Assembly (NCBI GenBank): GCA_007133095.1
Contig: SLNK01000009.1
Span: forward strand, 1 to 37,545
Length of the DNA: 37,545 bases
Reading direction: 5' to 3'
DNA from: Candidatus Peregrinibacteria bacterium
GTDB lineage: Bacteria; Patescibacteriota; Gracilibacteria; UBA1369; LOWO2-01-FULL-3
Part shown: positions 28,967 through 37,017 of the stretch, in pieces
Layout: every line of letters starts with the position of its first letter
How positions within the stretch are numbered: position 1 is the first letter of the stretch
Notes under the pieces: model-generated
The model's input: only the letters and a program-made list of their open reading frames with translations
The model's database searches: none
What the model was told of the DNA's origin: nothing
Program-made: the position numbers and the translations under genes

Positions 28967-29341
28967 ATGGCAAGAATAGCGGGTGTAAACCTACCCAAAG
29001 AAAAAAGAATAGAAGTCGGTCTAACCGCGATACACGGTATTGGAAGAAGCCTTAGTACAAGAATTCTGCAAGAAACCGGCGTAGATAAAGACAAAAAAGT
29101 CGAAGCCTTATCAAACGATGAAATCACAAAGCTTCGCGACGCAATAAGCAAATTGCAAACAGAGGGAGATCTGAAAAGAAAAGTTGCAATGGATCTCAAG
29201 AGATTGCAAGAAATAGGGTCATACAGAGGTTTTAGGCACAAAAAAGGAATGCCGGCAAGAGGCCAAAGAACAAGATACAACGCAAGAACCAGAAAAGGTA
29301 AAAAGAAAACAGTCGCAAACAAGAAAATAGCCACAAAGTAA
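28967..29341 (+). CDS. rpsM: 30S ribosomal protein S13
   Basis: 124 aa. MARIAGVNLPKEKRIEVGLTAIHGIGRS...GSYRGFRHKKGMPARGQRT is canonical S13. Confidence 0.97.
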   Translation: MARIAGVNLPKEKRIEVGLTAIHGIGRSLSTRILQETGVDKDKKVEALSNDEITKLRDAISKLQTEGDLKRKVAMDLKRLQEIGSYRGFRHKKGMPARGQRTRYNARTRKGKKKTVANKKIATK

Positions 29342-29373
29342 AATAAGAATATAAGGTTAATCTAAACACATAC

Positions 29374-29775
29374 ATGGCGGAAGCAAAAAAGAAAAAAGTT
29401 GTGAAAAAGACAAAAGCAAGGAGAAGAAGCGTTCCTCAAGGAACCGCTCACGTACAAGCGTCCTACAACAACACGATAGTAACTCTATCCGATCAAAATG
29501 GAGATGTGATAGCGTGGAGTAGCGCGGGAGGAAGCGGCTTTAAAGGAGCAAGGAAGTCAACTCCGTACGCCGCACAAGTATCCGCCGAAAATGCCGCAGA
29601 GAAAGCAAAAGCATTTGGACTTGAAGCGGTACATGTATATGTAAAAGGAGTCGGAAGCGGAAGAGAACAAGCGATAAGGGGGCTTGTCTCAAGCGGAATA
29701 AACATTATTTCAATCAACGATATAACACCAATCCCTCACAACGGTTGCAGAAAGAAAAAGCAAAGGAGGGTGTAA
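29374..29775 (+). CDS. rpsK: 30S ribosomal protein S11
   Basis: 133 aa. [46 protein letters not shown] is canonical S11. Confidence 0.97.
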
Positions 29776-29787
29776 TCAAAAATAATT

Positions 29788-30402
29788 ATGGCAAGGTACA
29801 GAGGACCAATAACACGTTTATCAAGAAGGCTGGGAATAATTCTATTCACCAACGGTGAAAGCAAAATAAAAGCCTTCAACAAGAAAAATTACAAGCCGGG
29901 AGAACATGGTCAAAAACGTTTTTCGCAGATGTCAGAATACAACAAACAACTACGTGAAAAACAAAAAGCAAGATTCATGTACGGGATAACAGAGAAGCAA
30001 TCCAGAAAATACTATACCCTGGCAAGCAAAAGCAGCGAGATAACAGGTGTTAAATATTTATCATTGCTGGAACAAAGATTGGATAATGCCCTATACAGAG
30101 CAGGGTTTGCAGAGACAAGACCGCAAGCAAGACAAATAGTAAGTCACGGCCTTGTTCTTTTGAACGGCAGAAAAGTAAAAACTCCATCAATCAATGTAAA
30201 ACCCGGAGACACATTCGAAATAAAGCAGAAAAGCAAAGAATCAAAACTTTTTGAAGAATTAAAGAAAGCCAAATATAAAGCGCCAAAGTGGTTAAAAACA
30301 GACTTGTCATCTCTAAAAGCGGATGTAGTTTCCGCCCCTGATCGAGATGACATAGAACACGTAATAGATTATCAGCTCATAACGGAGTTCTACTCCAAGT
30401 AA
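29788..30402 (+). CDS. rpsD: 30S ribosomal protein S4
   Basis: 204 aa. MARYRGPITRLSRRLG..., plus an S4 RNA-binding domain (RLDNALYRAGFAETRPQARQIVSHGLVLLNGRKV). Confidence 0.97.
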   Translation: MARYRGPITRLSRRLGIILFTNGESKIKAFNKKNYKPGEHGQKRFSQMSEYNKQLREKQKARFMYGITEKQSRKYYTLASKSSEITGVKYLSLLEQRLDNALYRAGFAETRPQARQIVSHGLVLLNGRKVKTPSINVKPGDTFEIKQKSKESKLFEELKKAKYKAPKWLKTDLSSLKADVVSAPDRDDIEHVIDYQLITEFYSK

Positions 30403-30461
30403 AGAGCTCGTTCCTATAGCGACATGAAGTTGCACAATTATAATCATTAAAACACCTCAAA

Positions 30462-31436
30462 ATGCATCAAATCCAAGAAGAAATTGGCATCCCTAAAATT
30501 AAAACCGAAACTTTGGGAGAAGACCATGCAATCTTCACTATGAGCCCCCTCCCCACAGGTTATGGAGTAACACTTGGAAACGCACTGAGAAGAGCTCTGT
30601 TGGGATCTCTCCCCGGCGCCTGTATAACGGGATTAAAAATAGACGGAGCTGCACACGAATATTCAACAATAAAAGGTGTGAAAGAGAGCGTCCTGGATAT
30701 AATCCTCAACCTTAAACAACTGAATTTAAAAAAGAACACACCGGCTGCTTCAACATTAACACTTGAAACTTCAAAAACGGGTGAAATAAAAGCCAAAGAC
30801 ATAAGTGCTCCATCAGAAGTGAAAATTCTTAATCCGGATCAATACATATGCACATTGGAAAAAGGCACAAAGCTTAAAATGGAACTGCGTGTTGAAAAAG
30901 GAGTAGGATATGTTCCCGCAACAGCAAGACAAAAAGACGAAGAGGACCCCACAATAATTTCAGTGGATGCTCTTTATTCTCCGGTTGAAAAAGTTCGTTA
31001 TGATGTAGAAGCTACTCGTGTGGGACAAATGACAAATTTGGATAAGCTGACACTGGAAGTAAAAACAAACGGAACAATCACGCCGGAAGATTCACTAAAG
31101 TTCGCGTCAAACCTTCTTCAGTCATATTTCAATCTGCTAAACACGGAAAATGTAATAGTTGAAGAGGAGTATATGTCCAACATCAAATCTATTCTGGAAA
31201 AAGAAAAAGAAGAGGAGTCTCAAAAACCGAGCCAGGAATCATACACACCAATAGAAATTCTCGGATTTTCACCAAGAACGCTTAACGCTCTTATAAACGG
31301 TGGCATCGGCTCAATCGAACAACTTTCAAAATGTACGGAAAGTAAGTTGTCAAATCTTCGAGGATTTGGTAAAAAGGCACTCACGGAAGTAAAATCAGCG
31401 CTTGAAAAGAAAGGTCTTTCACTCGCTGATGAATAA
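30462..31436 (+). CDS. rpoA: DNA-directed RNA polymerase subunit alpha
   Basis: 324 aa. N-terminal domain LPTGYGVTLGNALRRALLGSLPGA and C-terminal domain with helix-hairpin-helix (LGFSPRTLNALINGGIGSIEQL). Confidence 0.97.
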   Translation: MHQIQEEIGIPKIKTETLGEDHAIFTMSPLPTGYGVTLGNALRRALLGSLPGACITGLKIDGAAHEYSTIKGVKESVLDIILNLKQLNLKKNTPAASTLTLETSKTGEIKAKDISAPSEVKILNPDQYICTLEKGTKLKMELRVEKGVGYVPATARQKDEEDPTIISVDALYSPVEKVRYDVEATRVGQMTNLDKLTLEVKTNGTITPEDSLKFASNLLQSYFNLLNTENVIVEEEYMSNIKSILEKEKEEESQKPSQESYTPIEILGFSPRTLNALINGGIGSIEQLSKCTESKLSNLRGFGKKALTEVKSALEKKGLSLADE

Positions 31437-31447
31437 TAACTAAAAAC

Positions 31448-31801
31448 ATGAGACACAGAGTAAAAAAAGTAAAATTGGGAACGGATAAGGACCACAAGAC
31501 TGCTCTAATGCGGAACCTAGCAATGTCCGTAATAATCTACGAAAAGGTAAAAACCACATCAGCCAAAGCCAAAGCTGTACAGCCGTTCGTGGAAAGACTT
31601 ATCAATATTGCCAAAACAAAGGAGAAAAAACACGCGATAAGAGAAATTGAAAGACTTCTGCAACATGAAAACAGCTCAAAGAAACTTTTGGAGGTCCTGG
31701 CGGAAAAATACAAAGACAGAAATTCCGGATTCACAAGAATCACCAAGATTGGAAACAGAAGTGGAGACAACGCACCATTAGTACAAATTGAATTGATATA
31801 A
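31448..31801 (+). CDS. rplQ: 50S ribosomal protein L17
   Basis: 117 aa. [25 protein letters not shown]...[23 protein letters not shown] is canonical L17. Confidence 0.96.
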
Positions 31802-31802
31802 A

Positions 31803-32231
31803 ATGAAGACAACAATAGCAAAAGCCGAACAAATAGAAAGAAAGTGGTATATAGTCGATGCCAAAGACAAAGTTCTGGGAAGAATGTGCACGACCATAGC
31901 CGACAAACTCAGAGGTAAAGATAAGCCGATTTTCTCACCTCACATGGACTGCGGAGACTTCGTAATAGTAATAAACGCGGACAAAATCAAACTTACGGGG
32001 AAAAAGATGCAGGACAAAAAATACAGCAGGCACTCGGGCTATCCGGGGGGATACAGAGAACAGTCAGCGGAAGATCTCCTTTTGAAGAAACCCACAAAAG
32101 TATTTGAACTCGCGGTAAAAGGAATGCTTCCAAAGAACAAGCTTAGAGACAAATTCATGAGCAAACTAAAACTTTATGCAGGCGAAGAACATCCGCATGA
32201 AGCACAAAATCCAGAACCACTAAATACTTAA
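31803..32231 (+). CDS. rplM: 50S ribosomal protein L13
   Basis: 142 aa. [55 protein letters not shown] is canonical L13. Confidence 0.97.
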
Positions 32232-32233
32232 TA

Positions 32234-32632
32234 ATGACAACAAAATCCAAATACATCTACGCAAACGGAAAAAGAAAATCATCAGTAGCAAGAGTAAGAC
32301 TCTTTAAAGGTACGGGGAAAATAACAGTAAACGAAAAAGCGGCCAAAGAATATTTTACTCCAAAAACACTTGTTTCGGTTGCCAGTTATCCTCTCACACT
32401 TGTGGGATGCAAAGATAAATTCGATATTTCCGCCAAAATAACAGGAGGCGGAATGAGCTCACAAGCGGAAGCATTGAGACACGGGATAGCAAAAGCATTG
32501 GTTTTAAGCGATCCTCTGACAAAACCCACTCTAAAAAAAGCGGGATTGCTGACTAGGGACTCAAGAGTCAAAGAAAGAAGAAAAGCCGGCTTGAAGAAAG
32601 CCAGAAAAGCTCCTCAATTCAGCAAACGTTAA
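32234..32632 (+). CDS. rpsI: 30S ribosomal protein S9
   Basis: 132 aa. [22 protein letters not shown]...[19 protein letters not shown]...[28 protein letters not shown] is canonical S9. Confidence 0.97.
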
Positions 32633-32673
32633 AATTTTGCATAAGCGAAACACTCAATTTTACCCATTATTTC

Positions 32674-32826
32674 AAAAGCAGGGGATATGCTATTTACTAA
32701 AAGGCATGTCTGAGAAAAAAACGGCTTGGTCCCTGCTAAAGCAGGGCGTTTTTTGCGAAATCAAGGCAGCCCGCCGAAGGCGGGCGTCCGCCGGTGCCTT
32801 TAGTAAATAGCATATCCCCTGCTTTT
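32674..32826. repeat. Palindromic GC-rich element B: 32-bp inverted repeat (one bulged A) enclosing an 88-nt hairpin core
   Basis: - Arms: 32674-32706 (AAAAGCAGGGGATATGCTATTTACTAAAAGGCA) pair with 32795-32826 (TGCCTTTAGTAAATAGCATATCCCCTGCTTTT).
- Core: hairpins 32731-32746 (CCCTGC-TAAA-GCAGGG, flanked by A7/T6 runs) and 32769-32785 (GCCCGCC-GAA-GGCGGGC).
- Position: between the rpsI stop and the trmD start. Confidence 0.85.
32731..32754 (+). terminator. Candidate intrinsic terminator after rpsI, embedded in element B
   Basis: 6-bp GC-rich stem CCCTGC/GCAGGG with a TAAA loop, followed by CG then T6 (32749-32754). An upstream A-run (32715-32721) can extend the stem. This would end the long ribosomal-protein transcription unit. 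Confidence 0.5.
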
Positions 32827-32841
32827 CAGAATCAGCAAAAA

Positions 32842-32850
32842 TGATATACT
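32842..32850 (+). promoter_or_regulatory. Candidate extended -10 promoter (TGaTATACT) for trmD
   Basis: TG at 32842-32843, one spacer nucleotide, TATACT at 32845-32850. It ends 7 nt before the trmD ATG at 32858, so the mRNA would be leaderless or nearly so. Confidence 0.35.
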
Positions 32851-32857
32851 TTGAACC

Positions 32858-33502
32858 ATGAAATTCGACATCCTTACAATTTTTCCACAAATTTTTGACT
32901 CTTATTTAAAAGAGAGCATCATCAAGCGTGCGATAAAGTCCAGAAAAATAGAAATAAATGTCCACGACATCCGCAAGTTCTCAAAAGACAAACACAAGAA
33001 AGTGGACGATATCCCTTTTGGCGGAGGCGCGGGAATGGTAATGACCCCACAACCTTTATATGACGCTATAAAATGCGTAAAAAAGAGCAACAAAGGCCCC
33101 GTTGTATTTTTGACTCCCCACGGAGCGACTTTTAGCCAAAGTAAAGCGGAAAAACTAAGCAAACACAAAGAAATGATACTCCTCTGCGGAAGATACGAAG
33201 GGATAGATCAGCGAATACAAGAGTCTATGATCGATATGGAAATTTCCATAGGAAAATATGTACTAACGGGAGGAGAACTCCCCGCAATGGTTGTTATGGA
33301 TTGCGTTTCACGCCTTATCCCGGGAGTGCTTGGTAAAGAAGAATCGCATATGGAAGATTCGTTTTCCAAAAAATTGGACAGAAAAAAAGAATACCCCCAT
33401 TACACAAGGCCCGCCGAATTTAAAGGAATGCGCGTCCCGGAGGTTTTACTATCCGGACATCACAAAAAAATAGAAGAATGGCGAAAAAAGAAATTAAAAT
33501 AA
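32858..33502 (+). CDS. trmD: tRNA (guanine37-N1)-methyltransferase
   Basis: 214 aa. MKFDILTIFPQIFDSYL..., VDDIPFGGGAGMVM, LLCGRYEGIDQRI and IGKYVLTGGELPAMVVMD are canonical TrmD (SPOUT) motifs. Confidence 0.96.
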   Translation: MKFDILTIFPQIFDSYLKESIIKRAIKSRKIEINVHDIRKFSKDKHKKVDDIPFGGGAGMVMTPQPLYDAIKCVKKSNKGPVVFLTPHGATFSQSKAEKLSKHKEMILLCGRYEGIDQRIQESMIDMEISIGKYVLTGGELPAMVVMDCVSRLIPGVLGKEESHMEDSFSKKLDRKKEYPHYTRPAEFKGMRVPEVLLSGHHKKIEEWRKKKLK

Positions 33503-33515
33503 TCCCCGCCGATAA

Positions 33516-35276
33516 ATGACATTAGAATATCTGATACATATCGCTCCCGTTCTGGCTCTATCCTGTATCCCTGTGAGCTTGATCATAATAAGATTTTTCT
33601 CAGATCTTTTCGCGGGATACCGCTCGGGGATATCGGACACTACGGTAGTATGTACAACGGAACTGGAAGCGCTCACAAAAGACACACTGGGCGTTCAGAG
33701 CCTATCTTTCGGGAAAAACAGAGCCACCCCCCACGAAAATGGAAAATTCGTATTACTGGAAGATACAGAGAAAGACGATGAAATTAAGATAAAAAAGTCT
33801 GAATTGCTCAAAAACGAAGAAGTTAAATACATGGGAGCGACAGCAACGCTCTGCAGATTTCAAAAAATACAAAACTTGGAACAAATAATCTTGGATTTCT
33901 TTACATCTTGCGGATTGGGAGAAGAAAAAATGACAGAACAATACGAAATAATAGAAAAAATCCCCTCGAACGAAGAAAAAAGATTCTCCAGCGTGGTGGC
34001 AATGGATAATTCATCAAAAGAAATTTTTTCATTCGCAAAAGGACAAGCGGGGATATTGCTAAAACAGTGCACAAGAATGCTTTATGACGGCAAAAAAATC
34101 GAAATAGACGCAAAAATTCGCAAAAAACTCAAAAACAGAATCACAAAGCTTCACAAAAACGGACAAAAACTTGTGGCCTTCGCGTATAAACCACTTCCAT
34201 TCAAAAAACTTGACCATTATAACGAATCTTTTGTGGAAACGGATATGGTTCTGCTGGGAATAGTGGGATTGGGAGATGTCCTGGATACCGATCTGACAGC
34301 GGTAGTAGCGGATCTGAAATCATTGGGGATTAAAAATTACATTATGTCATCGGGCAAAGAACAAAAAACCATAGCGATAGGACATCAGCTCGGGATAACT
34401 TCGCCACAATATTTTGAAGGAATAGATAACGAATATTTGGCGGTTCTAAACGACGATCAAATCTGGAAAATGCTTTCAAACAAGGACAAAGATTACACCT
34501 TTTTCAGACTGACCGAAGCGGACAAAGAAAGAGTAATAGACATTCTACAAAAAAACGGGGAAACAGTAACGATAAACCAAATAAAATCCGGGGGAAACCT
34601 AAAAAAAATACTTGAAGGAATAAAAAAAGAAAGACGCAAAAAAGACAATTACAGAAAACTTCTGCTCCATTCCATCTCTTGCAAGATAATGGAAGTTATA
34701 TTGTTGATAACCGCCGTAATTTTCCAAGCACCATTAGCCCTTACCGTAACCCTCATACTAATTCTTGACCTGACAATAAATTTGATCCTTGAAAGCGCCT
34801 TGGGGCTGGAGAGCGGCCCACCGGAAACATCGGATGATATAGGGCACCTTTTTGTAACAGGCGTCTTCGGAGGGATTTTAGTCAGTAGCGTATACATTTG
34901 GAGTCTGATAAGTTTTGGATGGACCCCGGGAGCAACTTTGTCCATGACGGATGCCGCGTTCCTTAAATCTTCCGGCATCGCGTTTGTTTTGCTTTGCTTA
35001 CTTCAAATATTAAACGCACACAATCTCAAAAACACAAAGAAATCGATTTTCCTTTTGAACCCGCTTAAGACACCGTACCTGTCACTCGCAACGATAGCAT
35101 CAATACTGATGATCTACATATTTACCCGCTATGAAGCTCTCCGCAGCTTCTTCGATATAGGGGAAATTACGGCACAAGAATGGCAAATAGTGATTTTTAT
35201 AAGCCTTTTCATAATTATTATGGAGGAAATCCGCAAACAATCATCTAAATGGAACTCGCAAACCACAGCAACGTAA
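33516..35276 (+). CDS. P-type ATPase-like membrane protein, N-terminally truncated with degenerate catalytic motifs
   Basis: 586 aa that can be aligned by eye to the TM4, P/N-domain and TM5-10 portion of type II cation ATPases.

Retained similarity:
- MGATATLCRF, IPSNEEKRFSSVV, FAKGQAGILLKQCT, LVAFAYKPLP
- LLGIVGLGDVLDTDLTAVVADLKSLGIKNYIMSSGKEQKTIAIGHQLGI
- C-terminal helices

Lost motifs:
- DKTGT reads CTTELEALT (Thr at 33657-33659 where the phospho-Asp should be).
- TGD reads SGK.
- GDGxNDxP reads SGGNLKK.
- There is no A-domain and no TM1-3. Confidence 0.6.
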   Translation: MTLEYLIHIAPVLALSCIPVSLIIIRFFSDLFAGYRSGISDTTVVCTTELEALTKDTLGVQSLSFGKNRATPHENGKFVLLEDTEKDDEIKIKKSELLKNEEVKYMGATATLCRFQKIQNLEQIILDFFTSCGLGEEKMTEQYEIIEKIPSNEEKRFSSVVAMDNSSKEIFSFAKGQAGILLKQCTRMLYDGKKIEIDAKIRKKLKNRITKLHKNGQKLVAFAYKPLPFKKLDHYNESFVETDMVLLGIVGLGDVLDTDLTAVVADLKSLGIKNYIMSSGKEQKTIAIGHQLGITSPQYFEGIDNEYLAVLNDDQIWKMLSNKDKDYTFFRLTEADKERVIDILQKNGETVTINQIKSGGNLKKILEGIKKERRKKDNYRKLLLHSISCKIMEVILLITAVIFQAPLALTVTLILILDLTINLILESALGLESGPPETSDDIGHLFVTGVFGGILVSSVYIWSLISFGWTPGATLSMTDAAFLKSSGIAFVLLCLLQILNAHNLKNTKKSIFLLNPLKTPYLSLATIASILMIYIFTRYEALRSFFDIGEITAQEWQIVIFISLFIIIMEEIRKQSSKWNSQTTAT

Positions 35277-36064
35277 GAAGACTTCTGCAACTTTCCGGTC
35301 AAAACGCCAAAAAATTTTTGGGACAGAATTTTCTGATAGATAAAAATATTTTGGAAATAATAGTAAAAAGTGCGGAAATAAATGAAGATGATCACGTTGT
35401 GGAAGTCGGGCCGGGCCTGGGAGTGCTGACACAAGAATTGGCAAAAACCGCGGGGAAAGTAACAACGATAGAGCTGGACACATCCCTCCTCCCGATTCTT
35501 GAAAAAACCCTGAAGGAATACAACAACATCGAAGTAATAAATATGGACGCCCTCAAATTCAATCCACCGGAAACGCCTTATAAGGTCGTGGCAAATATTC
35601 CATACAATATAACATCTCCTCTCATAAACCATTTCTTGCAGAGAGAAAACCAACCACGAGAGTTAACACTTCTGGTACAATTGGAAGTCGCGGAAAAAAT
35701 ATGCGAAAAAGAACCGAAAATGAGCGTTCTATCCCTACAAGTAGCACTTTTTGGAATCGCTAAACTAATCAAGAAAGTTTCCCCATCGTGTTTTTATCCC
35801 CCACCAAAAGTGACATCGGCAATTTTACATATAACACCACTGCAACCGACCGACCTAAACTACGTTCCGCTGGAAGAAGCTAAAAAAATTCTTACTCTCG
35901 CAAAAAAAGCTTTTTCCCAAAAAAGAAAAAAACTCTCAAACACACTGGGAAAACCGGATCCGGAGATCTCAAAGGCACTGCAAAAAATGGAGTTTTCAGA
36001 CAAACGCCCCCAAACATTATCAGTTCAAGACTGGAAAAAGCTGGTCATTTCGCAAAACTGCTAA
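35249..36064 (+). CDS. rsmA: 16S rRNA (adenine1518/1519-N6)-dimethyltransferase
   Basis: 271 aa. KKFLGQNFLIDKNIL, SAM motif VVEVGPGLGVLTQEL and ANIPYNITSP. The start overlaps the preceding ORF by 28 nt. Confidence 0.93.
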   Translation: MELANHSNVRRLLQLSGQNAKKFLGQNFLIDKNILEIIVKSAEINEDDHVVEVGPGLGVLTQELAKTAGKVTTIELDTSLLPILEKTLKEYNNIEVINMDALKFNPPETPYKVVANIPYNITSPLINHFLQRENQPRELTLLVQLEVAEKICEKEPKMSVLSLQVALFGIAKLIKKVSPSCFYPPPKVTSAILHITPLQPTDLNYVPLEEAKKILTLAKKAFSQKRKKLSNTLGKPDPEISKALQKMEFSDKRPQTLSVQDWKKLVISQNC

Positions 36065-36065
36065 C

Positions 36066-37004
36066 TTACAAAACCCGCGCCAGGTCCTCCTTCATTTCCA
36101 AAACAGCTCTTCTCGCAGCTTCTCCATACTCAGAGGGAGCCATCTCAAATTTTTCGTAAGCAAAAATTATTCCACGGCTGTTATTCACAATCGCGCCCAA
36201 ACCATCTTTATTAAAACAGGGCTTAACATCTTCGGCTCCTCCACCTTGAGCTCCGTACCCCGGAACCAAAAAGATATTATGAGGCATTATCTCACGCAAT
36301 TTGGCGGCCTGCTCCGGATAAGTAGCTCCCACAACCGCACCCACAAAACTGTAACCGCTCTTTCCCAACTCATTCGCGCCCCAGCTATCTAATAAATATC
36401 CCACGACTTCATAAATCGATCGCCCGTCCGCCATTTCCAAATCTTGCAAATCTCCACTGCTCGGGTTGGAGGTCTTAACCAAGGAAAAAATCCCCTTCCC
36501 ATATTTGGCGCACTCTTCAACAAAAGGCTTAACTCCGTCCCAACCCAAATAAGGATTGATTGTAATACTGTCGGCATCAAAAATCGGCGTAATCACTTCA
36601 TCGGCATCTTCGAAGAAGGAAACCTCTCCAAGAAAAGCTTGAGCATAAGCTTCCGCCGTAGACCCGATATCATTTCTTTTAGCATCCGCAATGGTAATAA
36701 GACCCTTCTCTTTGGCATATTTTAAAGTTTCTTCATAAGCGCGCACCCCCTCATGCCCGAAAATTTCATAAAAAGCAATTTGCGGCTTCACAACCGGCAC
36801 CAAATCCGCAACTGCATCAATAGTCCCCTTATTGAACTCCAGAACGGCGTCCGCCGCGGCAGCCAAAGGAGTTTTATCCCCTCCAGCAATCGCCTTCCGT
36901 TTGATCTCGGCGGGAATTTTATCCAGTCTCGGATCCAGTCCCACGCAAATGGGATTTCCTTTTTCTTTTATCGCCTCAACTAATCTGTCAGCAAAATTTT
37001 CCAT
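36066..37004 (-). CDS. pyrF: Orotidine 5'-phosphate decarboxylase, type 2 (long form)
   Basis: NPICVGLDPRLDKIP, IADAKRNDIGSTAEAYA and LVPGYGAQGG motifs. I prefer the internal ATG at 37004 (MENFADRLVEAIKEKG...). The ORF-track start at 37115 would overlap pyrE by ~100 nt and add non-homologous residues. Confidence 0.88.
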   Translation of the reverse strand: MENFADRLVEAIKEKGNPICVGLDPRLDKIPAEIKRKAIAGGDKTPLAAAADAVLEFNKGTIDAVADLVPVVKPQIAFYEIFGHEGVRAYEETLKYAKEKGLITIADAKRNDIGSTAEAYAQAFLGEVSFFEDADEVITPIFDADSITINPYLGWDGVKPFVEECAKYGKGIFSLVKTSNPSSGDLQDLEMADGRSIYEVVGYLLDSWGANELGKSGYSFVGAVVGATYPEQAAKLREIMPHNIFLVPGYGAQGGGAEDVKPCFNKDGLGAIVNNSRGIIFAYEKFEMAPSEYGEAARRAVLEMKEDLARVL

Positions 37005-37017
37005 CAAAACAAATAAA

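Noticed and set aside
32710-32760. CTGAGAA and GCGAAATC in the core of element B looked like hammerhead ribozyme core motifs (CUGANGA ... GAAA).
   Set aside because: Position 8 is A where the invariant G is required. The helices between the two boxes do not match hammerhead stems II and III, and neither strand of element A has the motifs.
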